A stretch of 63,956 bases of DNA, filler included, from Saprolegnia diclina VS20 (GCF_000281045.1; 10 parts of 3 records of this genome joined end to end with filler, not necessarily neighbours in it); one strand, 5' to 3'; shown: positions 12,564 through 24,563, numbered from the whole stretch's first letter. Notes: generated by a model from the sequence alone, not told the origin. Numbers and translations are program-made.

Positions 12564-13280
12564 ATGACCTCGGACCCCACGCCATCGACCGACGCCGTCG
12601 CCGCCCTCGAAGCCGAGCTCGCGGCCCTCAAGCTCGCGTACAAACAGCTCGAGGCCGAGAACGCGGAGCTCAAGGCCCTCATTGCGCAGAGCGAGAAGGA
12701 CAAGAAGCCGCAGCCCGACGCGGCCACGGACGAGCCCGAGACCGCAGCGTCGCAACTGAGCAACGCGCTCGGCCGCATCAAGAACGCCGTGGTCTCCAAG
12801 ACGCCGGCAGCGTTCCGGCGCAACGAGTCTTCGTCACCACCAGTCGAGACCGTGGTCGTCGAGACCGCGGTCGTTGAGCCTGCAGCGCCGACCGCTGAGC
12901 CTGTCCGCCGCTCGTCGTTCCTCAACTACGCCGTCGCGTCCATCAAGGGCCGCCTGGGTCTTCCGGGCGTAACTGTGGGCAGCAAGAGCGATACGAACGA
13001 CGGTGCTACCGATGCTGTCGACAGTACGACGGCCGGTGCAAGCGACGTAGCTCGCAGTGCGAGTGATGCTATCGACACTACGACCGTCGCCGCCGAGACC
13101 AAGAATATTGCAGTGCACACAACGACTGATGCTGCAGAAGACGCGAGCGAGCCGACTAAGAAGAGCACAGAGAGCACAGTCGCTGGCACTATGGACGTCG
13201 CTGAACCGACGCCCGACGCTGTGAAGAGTACCGACATTGACCAACCTGCTGCCGCATCCGGTGCATCGAGCCAGCTGTAA
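12564..13280 (+). CDS. Coiled-coil protein with T/A/D/E-rich tail; WW-less paralogue of 16092-16892
   Basis: Shares LEAELAALKLAY, LS.ALGR.K.AVVSK.P.AFRR and YAVASIKGR.G.PG with the paralogue. Confidence 0.75.
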   Translation: MTSDPTPSTDAVAALEAELAALKLAYKQLEAENAELKALIAQSEKDKKPQPDAATDEPETAASQLSNALGRIKNAVVSKTPAAFRRNESSSPPVETVVVETAVVEPAAPTAEPVRRSSFLNYAVASIKGRLGLPGVTVGSKSDTNDGATDAVDSTTAGASDVARSASDAIDTTTVAAETKNIAVHTTTDAAEDASEPTKKSTESTVAGTMDVAEPTPDAVKSTDIDQPAAASGASSQL

Positions 13281-13950
13281 GTCGGCCGCACTCGATACGA
13301 GCTCGATGGGTCGACCGACTGTAGACACCGTGCAAAGTCGCCCGAGCAACTAAACGACTCGTCGAAAAACTGAGTGTATTTTACGTCAACAACAATGAAA
13401 CCCGAGACGAACCAACAGGCATTGAAGTCACTTGACGACAGACACTATGGATCCCTTGGCGACGACCAGCGCTATACAGCACCAGCGTCTGAGCCTGTCG
13501 TTGGCGACGGCGAAAGCAAGTGACGTCCCATCAACCAAGTCATTTCCAACATACGTTGTGGCTTGAAGCGCGATTACCTGCAAGCAAGCTCTACTAGAGC
13601 GAGGCCATCGAATCTGGATGTCCTTGACCATAGCGTGATCCTCGCAGCCCCACAAATGTGACTCGGTGGACGACCAGGTCACCACGCAAAACGTATACGC
13701 CTGTGCGATGTGCATGTTGGGTTAAGCAGCAGCCATGAGCTCACGCACACGCCAAGGACTCTCTACACACATCTACCCACTGTACGTGGCAAGGCTGGAA
13801 GATCTCGTGACCCAGAGTTACCAGTGTAAAATGAAGGCTGCTGGGTCCAGCCTAACACGTATTTCTCCAGACGACACGCCGCAGTCGCCTGGTCGAATCG
13901 GACACACATCCGTATACAAAACAACAGCGGACAACCGCTGCAGAGCATAC

Positions 13951-14120
13951 ACATATATATATATATATGAACGTGTTCCGCGTTATCTTCATTATGACAC
14001 AAAGACTTCGCATACGTAGCGCTACGCCTGAATGCGTGGGAGTTGGCTCCAGCACTTGGTCGTTGGGAGTGAGCTGCGTACGGAGAGATCCATCCCTGAA
14101 GAGCATGGATGATGTTGGGG
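13951..14120 (-). repeat. TA-tailed dispersed repeat, copy A
   Basis: Terminal ~55 bp shared with 32922-33164, 50019-50172 and 58987-59276; internal part shared with 63500-63580. Confidence 0.75.
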
Positions 14121-14188
14121 TTGTGCCGCTGGTTGTGACCAATCTGTGATGAGATTGCACTTGCGAGAAATCTGCAAAGAAGAAAACG

Positions 14189-14830
14189 ATGGCGACAATG
14201 GCGCAGCCGCTTGTGACCCAAGCCCGCGACGAAATGACGATGGCGACGTCGTTGCGGGACGTCGTCGAGCGCATGTGGTCGCTGCCGCCTGGCTGGCCAC
14301 AGCTTTTGTGCGACGCCTTTGGCGGGCTGCCTCAACTGCCGCCCGATTGGCAAGTCAGAGTGAGCCGGGAGCACGGCTTGCCGTACTACGCCAACAAGGA
14401 GCTACGTTGCACACAATGGCGCCATCCAGGGCTACCGGACGACGTGCCGATCCCTCCAGAAGTCGCTGGCTTGAAGCGCGTGTGGCGTCAGCTGCAAGAA
14501 GAACGCGCGCAACGTGCCGCCGCCGAAGTAGCGCAGCGCCAAGCAGCCGCAGACGCTGCACGCTGTGCGATCCTGGATCGACTGGAAGACGTCGTGGGAC
14601 CAACGGCCTTGTTCGCCAAGGTGCGCCATGTCCAAGCCATTCTGCGGGGTTTTGTCCAGCGACGCAATTACCAACGTGTGCGGCGCGCCACCCTCGTTCT
14701 CCAGGCCACTGTGCGTCATTTCTTGCTGTCGGGCAATGTCCGACACGCTCGATTCGTGTCCGTCGCGCAAGCCCCACGTGGGCCAGGCAGCTTTGTGCGT
14801 ATCGGACGCTACGTTGTTTGGCGACAATAG
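14189..14830 (+). CDS. WW- and IQ-motif protein
   Basis: WW: LPPDWQVRVSREHGLPYYANKELRCTQWRHP. IQ-like: VQAILRGFVQRRNY and LQATVRHFL. Confidence 0.8.
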   Translation: MATMAQPLVTQARDEMTMATSLRDVVERMWSLPPGWPQLLCDAFGGLPQLPPDWQVRVSREHGLPYYANKELRCTQWRHPGLPDDVPIPPEVAGLKRVWRQLQEERAQRAAAEVAQRQAAADAARCAILDRLEDVVGPTALFAKVRHVQAILRGFVQRRNYQRVRRATLVLQATVRHFLLSGNVRHARFVSVAQAPRGPGSFVRIGRYVVWRQ

Positions 14831-14870
14831 TGTAGGACGTTTGTTCACATGAATTCACACCGCTGTCCCT

Positions 14871-15403
14871 TCTTCATCTTCTAGTGCGCTGTCCATTCAT
14901 CTTCTAGTGCGCTGCCCATTCATCCGCGCGGTCTGGCGCGCTTTTGACCCGATGCGCGATATCTTGCAGCTGCAACTCCCGACGTCGGTCGGTGGCTTCC
15001 TCTACGATCCCGTCGCTCTGCCGTTCTCAGCCCACAAGTCGACCATCCGTGCCCTCTGGCCGATCTTGCGCGCTTGCGTTTGGTACAGTCTTTGGCTCGA
15101 ACGCAACAACCGCGTGTTCCGCACGACATTGACGCCCCTGCCCGCTGCTGCGCTCGCGATCAAAGCCGCTACTATCACGCGATTGCATATCCGGCACTTG
15201 GCTCGCCGCGCCGTGGTGCCTTCGCTTGCCGAGTCGCTCCATGCCCTACGCGCCGACCCTTGGCGTCCTCGCTACCTCATTCCCCACTCAATCCCGAGCC
15301 CCGACCACGCGCCTTCAGCTTGACGTATCGGCCAAACCTCACGAGCGCACTAGGAAGTCCACCATCTTCACTATATAATAGCCTGTTAATAACTCATTCA
15401 ACA
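14871..15403 (+). mobile_element. 5'-truncated L1/Tx1-like non-LTR retrotransposon with 14-bp TSD
   Basis: HLLVRCPF (end of the CCHC zinc finger) and VWYSLWLERNNRVF typical of ORF2 C-termini; ACACCGCTGTCCCT at 14857-14870 and 15404-15417. Confidence 0.85.
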
Positions 15404-16091
15404 ACACCGCTGTCCCTCCCTGCCGAGCGACTGGCGTATACATACTGTAGCATCAAGCGTCAAGCGAGAACAAGCAGCCGCGATCGCCTTGGCCACAGTC
15501 GTCCAACGTTGGTGGCTTAGTACAGAAGTGCGCCAAAGGTCATTGCGGTGAACGCCCTACCGGGAAGCCCGCTTCCAAAGTCGTCGGTGGCGTCGGCGCC
15601 AGAGGAATTCACGCCATCTCGCATCGCCGAATATGACGAGCCGACGACGAAGAGCGTCGTGCTGGTATATATATACACATCACTTTCCTATCCCTCCCCG
15701 TTTCTTCCTCGCGAAGGCCTGTCTTGCCTTCAATCCAGAGACAACTCCGAAAGACGCCGTTCATGACTTGGAAACGGCGCTTCTAGCACCACCTCTAGTT
15801 CAAGCTCCAGCGCTGCCTCAGCATAATTCCTCAGCATAGCTCTTAGGACGTCGAAGCAGTAGGCGCGATTTTTGCACCCAAGTCGAGCTGGAGAAGACGC
15901 CAAGATACTTGTATGCTTGCCGAGATGCTCGGCACAGCCGTGCTGTAGGGTACTGGCATCTGGTCGCGCGCCGATGTCGCCACTCGAGCTGCACGCGATT
16001 TGTGTCAATGATGTCGATTTCGGCCAATCACAGAAGAGGACGCAGCGGATTGGGCAAAACTAATATCACACGAACGCTGGTGACAGACAAA

Positions 16092-16892
16092 ATGACGACG
16101 GACCCCACACAGCAGCCGCAGCCGACGCTCGAAGCCGAGCTCGCTGCCCTCAAGCTCGCGTACGCGCAACTCGAGGCCAAGTCGGCGCAACTCGAGGCTG
16201 AGAATGCGCAGCTCAAGGACGCCCTCGCACGCACCGAGAAGGACGAGAAGCCGCAGCTCGACTCGCTCACGGACGAGCCCGACCTCGCGCCACCGTCGCA
16301 CCTAAGCACCGCGCTGGGCCGCCTCAAGAGCGCGGTGGTGTCCAAGGCGCCGACGGCCTTTCGCCGCTACGAGTCGCCGGTTGAGGGTGCCACGACCGAG
16401 ACGACCACCGCACGACGGTCCGACCCAGGCAGCGCGGACACGACACCACGGACATCTTTGCTCGGGTACGCCGTAGCATCCATCAAGGGTCGTATTGGGC
16501 GCCCGGGCGCGGCGAGAAGCGGCAGCGTCGACGCAGCTGACGCGTCCTCGGACGACCCGACGTTGCCCAAAGGATGGGAGGCCAAGGTGAGCCGCTCCAA
16601 CGACAAGACGTACTACATCAACCGGTCGCTCAAGATCACGCAGTGGGAGCACCCGAGCACGATGGTCGTCATGCCAGCGACAGGCACCAAACCCACCGAC
16701 GAGACGAACCTCGACTACAAGAGCTGCGACAGTCCGGCCGAGGCCGAGCCCGCAGAGTCGAGCGAGTGGCCGCCACTCGCGCCTGGCTGGCTCGTCAAAG
16801 TGAGTCGCAATGGCGGCCGCACATACTACGTCAACCCCGAGCTCAAGCTCACGACGTGGGAGCGACCGACGGCGACGGCGTCCGCTTCGTAA
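16092..16892 (+). CDS. Coiled-coil protein with two WW domains
   Basis: LPKGWEAKVSRSNDKTYYINRSLKITQWEHP and LAPGWLVKVSRNGGRTYYVNPELKLTTWERP. Confidence 0.88.
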   Translation: MTTDPTQQPQPTLEAELAALKLAYAQLEAKSAQLEAENAQLKDALARTEKDEKPQLDSLTDEPDLAPPSHLSTALGRLKSAVVSKAPTAFRRYESPVEGATTETTTARRSDPGSADTTPRTSLLGYAVASIKGRIGRPGAARSGSVDAADASSDDPTLPKGWEAKVSRSNDKTYYINRSLKITQWEHPSTMVVMPATGTKPTDETNLDYKSCDSPAEAEPAESSEWPPLAPGWLVKVSRNGGRTYYVNPELKLTTWERPTATASAS

Positions 16893-17149
16893 GCAGCGGT
16901 CGATTGGCGCCGTACGTACATAGCCCAGTTCCTGGTTGCATGGTTAAATTTTGAATGTCAATGCAGTATACGCTAAATACACTGTATCTCTCCTGCAAGG
17001 ACTAGGCTACAGTAGAGTTCTTAATGACAGCGTACCGTCCATGCACAGTCTATCATGTCATTTGATCAGTCACATTCGAGGTGAACGCCAGGTTCGCGCA
17101 CTTGGCAACCGTTACGCTTGCCGCTTGCAACTGCCACAAACTTGCAAGC

Positions 17150-18849
17150 ATGCTGCGGCTCTTCTCTAAGCGGGCGACCGACGCGCCGCCAGCGTCGCTC
17201 GAAGATGCGACCGACTTTCCCGCGCTCGCAGCGCAGCTCTCGGTAGTCGAAGGTACGGGCCCGCACGTGCCCTTTCCTAGTCTGCCATGCCATGGTAGAG
17301 CGTCTGCGCACGACAAGCTCACTCCTCGTGCGTCACAGCCAAGCGCTCGCCGGTACCGCCGCTTGCACCACCATCGTCTCCTTTGACGCCGATATTTAGA
17401 GCTCATGCAAACATCGACCGAGCTGCGCGCGCTGCTCGTACAACCGGCCAACGACGACGAGGTATGGCTCGCCGTTCTTTGAGATATCGACATACGCCTT
17501 GCCAGTCGGCGTCGTCCATAGCCGCCGAGCAAAAGGCCTTGGCAGACAGCGTCGCGCAGTTTCGCACGACAGCGATTGCGCCGCTGCAATCGCTCCTTGG
17601 GTCGTTTCCACACCTTCGCGTACGCAGTTTTTTGATTCGCAGCATTAACGTCTGCAGTAGCATCGCATGGACCACCGCAAGAGCGCGCTTGCCACCACCC
17701 AGCGGTACGACGCCAAGGTGCGCGACATGCACGGCGAGTCGGCGCGGCTCCAGCGGGTCACGAGCCTCTTTTGACTGGTTGAAACGCGTTTAACTCACTT
17801 GTGATGTAGAACCGGGCCAAACTGCACGCTGCCCAAGAGCGTTTCCAGCAGCTCGACGCCGACGTGCGCGACCAAGTCAAATCGCTCCTGGCGCTGGATG
17901 TCCGCGCCGTCGTCGAGCCGCCGCTGCTTCAGGTGGCACATTCGATCCCACCTAGCATTCACGCAGCGCTCTTGCTGTAGCTGGCCGAATCCCAACAGCA
18001 GTGGGCAACCGCGCTGCAGCACGGCTCGCAGCAGTTGCGAAGTCGCATTCGACTGGCGTCGCCACGGGCCCTGCCCAAGGCGCGGTCTTTGGACCCGCAA
18101 GGTAGATGCCGACGCAATATCTCGGTCCTACCTCATGCATGGTAGACGACACCGACACGGAAGAGAGCTGCGACAAGGTCGGGTCGTTCCAGCGCCATGG
18201 CTCGGACGATCTCGACATCCTCGACAAGAGCCGCGCGATGCGCCCAAAGCACCAGCACGCGTACGGCACCAAGACGTGGGAGATGCACAAGCACATCAAA
18301 GCGTCGTTAGCGAGTGGTCTCGATGTACTCGAAGCCGTGCAGCTACCGCCTGGATTCGCCAAGCTCGAATGGATCGCCGTCCACGTCGTCGATTTCTTCA
18401 ACGAAGTGTCGCTGCTCTACGGCACCGTTTCGGAGCTCTGCACGCCGAGTTCGTGCGCGGCCATGACCGCCGGGCCGTGCTACACGTACCTCTGGGCCGA
18501 CGACGGCGGCGTTCCGACGGCATGCAGTGCCAGCACGTATGTCGACAAGCTCCTTCGCTGGGTCGAAGTCCAGATCGAGAACCCAAGTCTCTTTCCGTCC
18601 GGGACGTTGGCGCCACCGAGCAGCATGGAGCATAGCGCGCGCAACATTCTCAAGCGGCTCTTCCGCGTCTACGCGCACATTTACCACTCGCACCTCGCCG
18701 ACTTTGTCGCGCTCCACGCCGAGTCGCACCTCAACTTTAGCTTCAAGCGCTTCGTCTTCTTCGTGCTCGAGTTCGACCTTGTCGAAAAGAAGGAGCTCAA
18801 CGCGCTGCGAAAGCTCATTGCGACAATCGCGCCCAGTCGCCTCGACTAA
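17150..18849 (+). CDS. BAR-like domain fused to a MOB1/phocein-family kinase-activator domain (8 exons)
   Basis: Seven short GT-AG introns join an open frame from ATG 17150 into the MOB ORF; the last intron is 18102-18145. MOB motifs: AVQLPPG, EWIAVHVVDFFN, MTAGP.Y.YLW, ILKRLFRVYAHIY.SH. Confidence 0.8.
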
Positions 18850-19146
18850 GACTCACATGACGTGACATGTGACTTGATACATTGAAACGCGCGACTTGAT
18901 ACTTCTGCGCATACGAGGCGTGCGACGGTCAAAATGTCCAACGTCGCCTCGATCATGAACGGTTGGTTGGCTCTCGACATTTGCAGCATAGGCTCCGACG
19001 CTGTAGTCATGACCACCATCGAGACAGGCGTTTCGACTATCAGATCTGCATTACAAAATGGTCTCGACTCGGAATTGGCGAGCTCAACGCTGTACACGAG
19101 CATCCTAGGCGATAGAAAAAGGTCCCTTGTGGCTGGTTGACAGGTG

Positions 19147-21445
19147 CTACGACGAAGGGCCGTTGGAGGGCAGGAGGTCCGCAAGCGTGGTGACGAGGCT
19201 GGTTGCCGACGGGCGTTCGCTCGGAATAAGGCGCCAGCACTCTTCGACCACGTGTCCGTAGCCACCCAAAGTCGTCGGCAAGTGCGGACGCAGCCCGTGG
19301 GTGGCTTTGGCAACAAAGTCATCGGGGGCTAGCCCCACAAACGGGTTTGAATGCGGGTTCGGATATGGGCAAAAGAGCTCCCAGAGAAAGATACCAAAGC
19401 TCCAAATGTCACTTGGGTACGTATACCTACGCGCTGTGAACATACAAGCGCCAAAGCTTGCCGTACCCGTCACCAGTAAAGACCTCGGGGGCCGTGTACC
19501 CTGACGTCCCCACCGCGTCGGTGGCTTTTGACACGCCAAGGCGAATCGCGCTGCCAAAATCACACAGCTACCACCCACGATCAGCCTCCCAGTGTCCTCT
19601 GCGGCGTTGCTTGTACCTTTGCCTCGGGCACACTCGCACTGTCTTGAATCGGTGCCACGAGCAAGACGTTGTGCAGCTATGGAGTGGTTGCAACAGCTCT
19701 CCGAAGCGCATCGCACCTTGAGATCCCGATGCAATATCTGCTCTTTATGGAGGTACGCCAGCGCGCAAGCGACTTGGAGGGCCAAGTACCCTTTCTAAAA
19801 AATCATCCTACACCAAGATTTCCAGTGCTGAGTTACCTGGACGGGCGTCACGAGCGTCCACGTTGGGCGGTCCCGGCTCGCGTAAAGACTAGAAAGGAAT
19901 TGTCAACTCTTCCTGAATCTCAATCTCAACACTCAGTTTCATACCTGCCTCCCGCCATAAACGCCGAGACAAACCCCAAGCGCGGCGAGAACCGCACAGA
20001 TTCGAGCTCCAAAATGTTGGCGTGGTGCAGCGACAGCCATAGCTCGAGCTCTCGCCCAAAGGCGGCGACGACAGCATATGGCGGCACACCGCGGGTCTCT
20101 TCATACCGAAACTCTTTGAGCACCCGCTGGCCGTCGTCGAGGCTGTAGACGCCGGCAGAGATGCCTTCGCCAATGACCGTGTCGCTCAATTTCGAGACCG
20201 CTTCGGTCTCGATACGTTCGGGGGGCACCCGACTGCGCAGGGTCTCAAGGAGAGCTACAATGTCGCCGACCTAAACAAGCAATTGCTCCATGTTCGCACA
20301 CAGATAATATCACAAACGTACGGGGCGTCGAAGGGTGGGTGACGGCGCGAGTACGCTCGGAGGCCGGACATCGACTTTGCGCAGCGCGGCTTTTGCAGTC
20401 GCGAGGTCGGCAAAGGGAAATAGGGGGTTGCGTGGGGGCGGCGTCGGGGGCACGGTCCCTTCTAGAAGGTACAAGAGCTTGATTCTGCCCGTGGGCTTGC
20501 CACGTCGACTGCGCAGCTGCACAAAGTCGCAGAAACGGGTGCGCTGGAGCGGGATCGACGCTTCGCCGACCACGAGCTCGTTGCCGTTGCAGACGTTCAG
20601 CACCCGCACTTCGAATGCACTCGGAAAGGCCGCATTCGAGAGCAAACTAAACTCCAACCAGCCCATTGACCACATGGGCGACGTGGTCGGCGCGTTGCAG
20701 GCCTTGGGTGTCGTCGCAACAGGCGCGTTGGGCACGACGATCTGCACATACGGGTGCAAGAGCCGACTGCAGACGTGGGGGCGCCGCCATCGACAGGGAT
20801 CCATGATGCCGGCGCCATGCAGTACATGCACGCGAAGGCGCCACTGCGGATGTGCCTTGAAATCGAACGCAGTTGCTCCGTCGCTGTCGTAGTCGATACC
20901 GTACAGCTCGGGGGCTAACGGCAGCACGACTTGTGCGAGGAACTTGGGGTGGCCAGGCAGCCGCTCCTTGCTGTGCGTCATGGCGAGCTTGTGGTTGTGC
21001 AGGATGATGCCAACGTTGCCGACGCGCTTGGACTCGTACACGGAAGCGTTCCACGCCGGTTTGTGAGGTGATGGTAGTGTGTGGCACGGCGCATGGAGAG
21101 CTTGCCTGTTCTTTGCCGGCGACGACGTTTGCACGCGGTTCTTTGTTGGCGACGGGAGGTACGGGCAGTCGTAGCCCGACGTTTTACCCCAATTTGCAAT
21201 GAGCTGCGCCACCCCATCTTGCTGCAAAATGCGGTGAATGCGGTGCGGACTGCCTTGCGCAGCGGTCTCGTGGACTAGCGCTGGTCGAGACTTGGTGTGG
21301 GCTGTCGCTGGTAGCTTTAGAAGTGGTCGCTACAACACGGTCGTACGATGTGTGAGACAAATTGACCTCGCACCTCGCGTAGCCACGCCTCGTTATTACT
21401 CGTCTCGGCGCGGTGCGTTGGCATCGTATGTGATGACTTTGCCAT
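19147..21445 (-). CDS. C2-domain protein kinase (TKL-like), multi-exon
   Basis: C2-like exon (LRVHVLHGAG..HPYVQI..VVGEASIPL..GRIKL) joined by intron 20271-20321 to a kinase with GEGISAGV, VLK, HRDLK, LCDFG, GTSGYTAPE, SDIWSFG, ECW...ERPS. First intron 21330-21373. Confidence 0.85.
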
Positions 21446-21493
21446 TTCTCGAATCTAAATTTCGCTCGAAACCGCTAGCAAGCTCAAGGGACA

Positions 21494-24400
21494 ATGGCGG
21501 CCGAGGTCCCGACAGCGAGCGAGAGTCTCCTCGTCATTGATGCCGCCTCCGACTTGCTTCCGATTATACCGAGCGACAACCAAACAAGTCCGCTGCCCAA
21601 GGAAGCCCCCGAAATGCCAAGTCTCGCAAAAACCACCCCGCCCCCCGCCCCCCTCCCGCATCGTCGTCTCTCAAAGCACGCGATCGAGGCCGCCAGCGTC
21701 AAGGTGGTCGCGTCGACCGAGGTGGCCGAACCCTCCAAGCTGGACGCCACGGCGGACGCTGAGCCCACTGCACCTGAAAAAACGAGTCCGCCGAAACCCA
21801 TCCTCGTACCGTCGGGCGCCCCCCGCAGCCATCGGGACGACGCCCCCGAACCGGCCAGTAGTATGCACTTTGAGATGTATGAAGACGACTCGGACGAGAC
21901 GCCGTTGCTCGAAGCCAAAAGCGATGCGACATCATCGCCCATCTACGACGACGAGTGGGTCGTCTGTCAAACCGAGGTAGGGTACGCGTACTACTACAAC
22001 ACGCGGACCCATGCGTCGCAGTGGGAAGCGCCGCTCGCTGACGACAACGGTCGCGATGCCTTCTTTAGTGCGGTGACCGCAGGCGATGTGGGCGCGACGA
22101 CGCGGCTGCTCTTGCGCCATGGACGGCAACTGCTTGACGCCACGGACCACAACGGGCGATCCGCTGTGTGGTATGCGCTTGGACACATGAGCATGGCGCA
22201 GCTTCTCTTTGAGAGCGGTGCGAACTTGGACCTCACGGACGTGGACGCAAACGGCCTCGTGCACGTCGCGACGCGACAGCGCAACATTGCCTTTCTCACA
22301 CTCCTCGCGGTCTACGGCGCGAACTTGGACCTCGCAGATGGTGCGCAGCAGACAGCGCTGCACATTGCCGCCGCGTGCGGGTACCAGCGCTGCGTGGACG
22401 TGCTACTGCGGCACGGCGCGACGCCCGACGTGCTCGACTCGGCCGCTCGGTCGCCGCTGCAGCTAAGTACGCTGGGCAACCATGTATCGTGCGTCCAGCT
22501 GCTACAGACAGCTTCGGCGCAGCCAGCCGAGAGGTCTGACACCGCTTTGCTGGCGCAGGTTTCTTGCTTATTTTGGGCGAGGCTCCAACGTCTTGACGGT
22601 GTCGTAGCGGGCAGAGTTTGAACGCGAGATGCAAAAGGCGCTGGCGCAATGCGACGAGGTGTCGCAGTTTTTAGTCGTCAACGATATGCAATGCTCAGAT
22701 GCGTAGCTGCAGCAGCGCTACACGACGCTCGAGACCGCGCACCGCATCGCCAACGCCCGCATTGTCATGCTCGAGGCGGTTGTCGACCGCTGCGAGAAGG
22801 ACCTCGATGCTGAGCGCGCGCTCTTGTGGCAAAAGGTCACTCAAATCTCAATGGCTGCGTCTCAAAACGTATAGGAACAAGCTTTCAACGACGCCCAGCA
22901 AGCCCAGTATGCTACGCTCCAAGACCTCCAGCGTCAAGTCGACGACGTCGTTCAATTCGCTGCGTACGCCGATGCATCTACTCTGGAGGAAGGCGTTAAC
23001 AAGCTCATATACATTAGACGATCCCGGTGCGAAGTGACCGCGCTGTCCGAAAGCCACGCCCCCGAACGAGAGAGCGCGGGGCCCCTATACGTCGAGGAAG
23101 ATGACGCGACATCGTTGGAGCCGTCCGACACGATTGCATGTACCCCATCTCTTCCACGAGACCAAAACACAAGCTAGTGCTGTCTTTAGTTGACGATGAC
23201 GAGATGAACGGTGTCGTCAAGGTTGACGAGACACCGATTGCGCCGGAGCGTGTCGGGGCCATCTGGAGTGCCTTCTTCAACAACGCTGCCAAAGCACGCG
23301 CACACGACGACGGTCCGTCCAAGGTTTTGGACGCCGTTTATGACGGCGACCTTGTCACGCTGCAAGCGCTCCTCGTGCACGGCGCGTCACCGGATTCGCG
23401 CAACGACGACGACCAGACGCCGCTGCACATTGCGTAATACGATCGCAATCACTGGATTCCAGTTCACAATTGAGGTTAGGTGTGCACATGGTCGACTCGA
23501 ATGTGCCTCGCTACTCTGCGAGTACATGGCCGACATGGAGGCGCGGGATGCCCACGGTATGGATGCTGCAGAATACCAACAACGATGGTGGCGCGTAGGA
23601 CACACGCCTCTCTTCCTCGCGTGCCGTCGCGGGCACTTGGCCAGTGTCAAATTTCTATTGGAGAGTGCGGCCGACGTGCATACGGCCAACGACGACGGCC
23701 GAACGCTTGTGCACGCCGCGGCGCTCGGCGGGTCTCTGCCCTGCCTCCACCTTGTGCTCGAGGTATATATCAATCTTCGAAATGAGTTGCAAGAGCTGAC
23801 GTGTAGTACGGTGGTGATCCGTTTGCAGCTGATCGCGACGGCGAAACACCGTACGAAATGCTGCTCGAGCGAGGCGACGAGACGGCCGCGCCGTTGCTCG
23901 ACTACTTGGACAGCCAGTGCTCGCTTCGCCAGCCGCCGCTGTCGCCTCGTTCAACGCCAACTGTAGGCCATTTCACGCAGCTTCCAAGAAAATTCCATGA
24001 ACAATGAGACTAGGCGGCTGCACCAGCGCCCACGAGCAGCTACGATGTGGACGAGGATGCAGGGCAGGAGGCGCCTGGAGAAGGCTGGCGCGGCGTACGT
24101 GCATCCAAATTAGCAAATGAGATCTTAGTCGGCAGCTGTAGTGGATTCGTGGCAAGGCCACATCGCTCTTGGGGCTCGACAGAACAGTAGTGAACGAAGA
24201 CACCGACGAAGCGGCTGCTGAGGCGCCGCTCTCGCCGCTCAAACCCCCCACAGACTCCGAGGTCGCGAGCTCGATGGCATACCGCAAGCTCGTGCCACCG
24301 CGTCACGTCGAAGAAGCCATGCAGCACCTCCAGGTACTTTTACCGACGAGTGTGGTGTACGCCGACCCACTTGAACGTAGTCGACTGCGCAGCACGCTGG

Positions 24401-24563
24401 CAGTGCCCCATCGTCGACCAGAAGTGGTATGCCACGTGACGTTGCCAACGCACTCCATCGACGCAGCTCGACCAACCAGTTTGCGCTTGCGACGGACGCC
24501 AAGTCGCTTCACCAAAAGCAAAAGAGCTCGGCGCGTTACGTCGACATTGCATTTCACCCCTAA
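21494..24563 (+). CDS. WW + ankyrin repeats + coiled coil + ankyrin repeats protein, multi-exon
   Basis: WW EWVVCQTEVGYAYYYNTRTHASQWEAP; QTALHIAAACG, QTPLHIA and HTPLFLACRRGH ankyrins; spliced last exon ends RYVDIAFHP-TAA at 24563. Confidence 0.82.

Noticed and set aside
12060..15417. Repeat-spacer-repeat patterns as CRISPR arrays
   Set aside because: Only two copies each, eukaryotic context, no cas genes; better explained as TSDs or tandem duplications.
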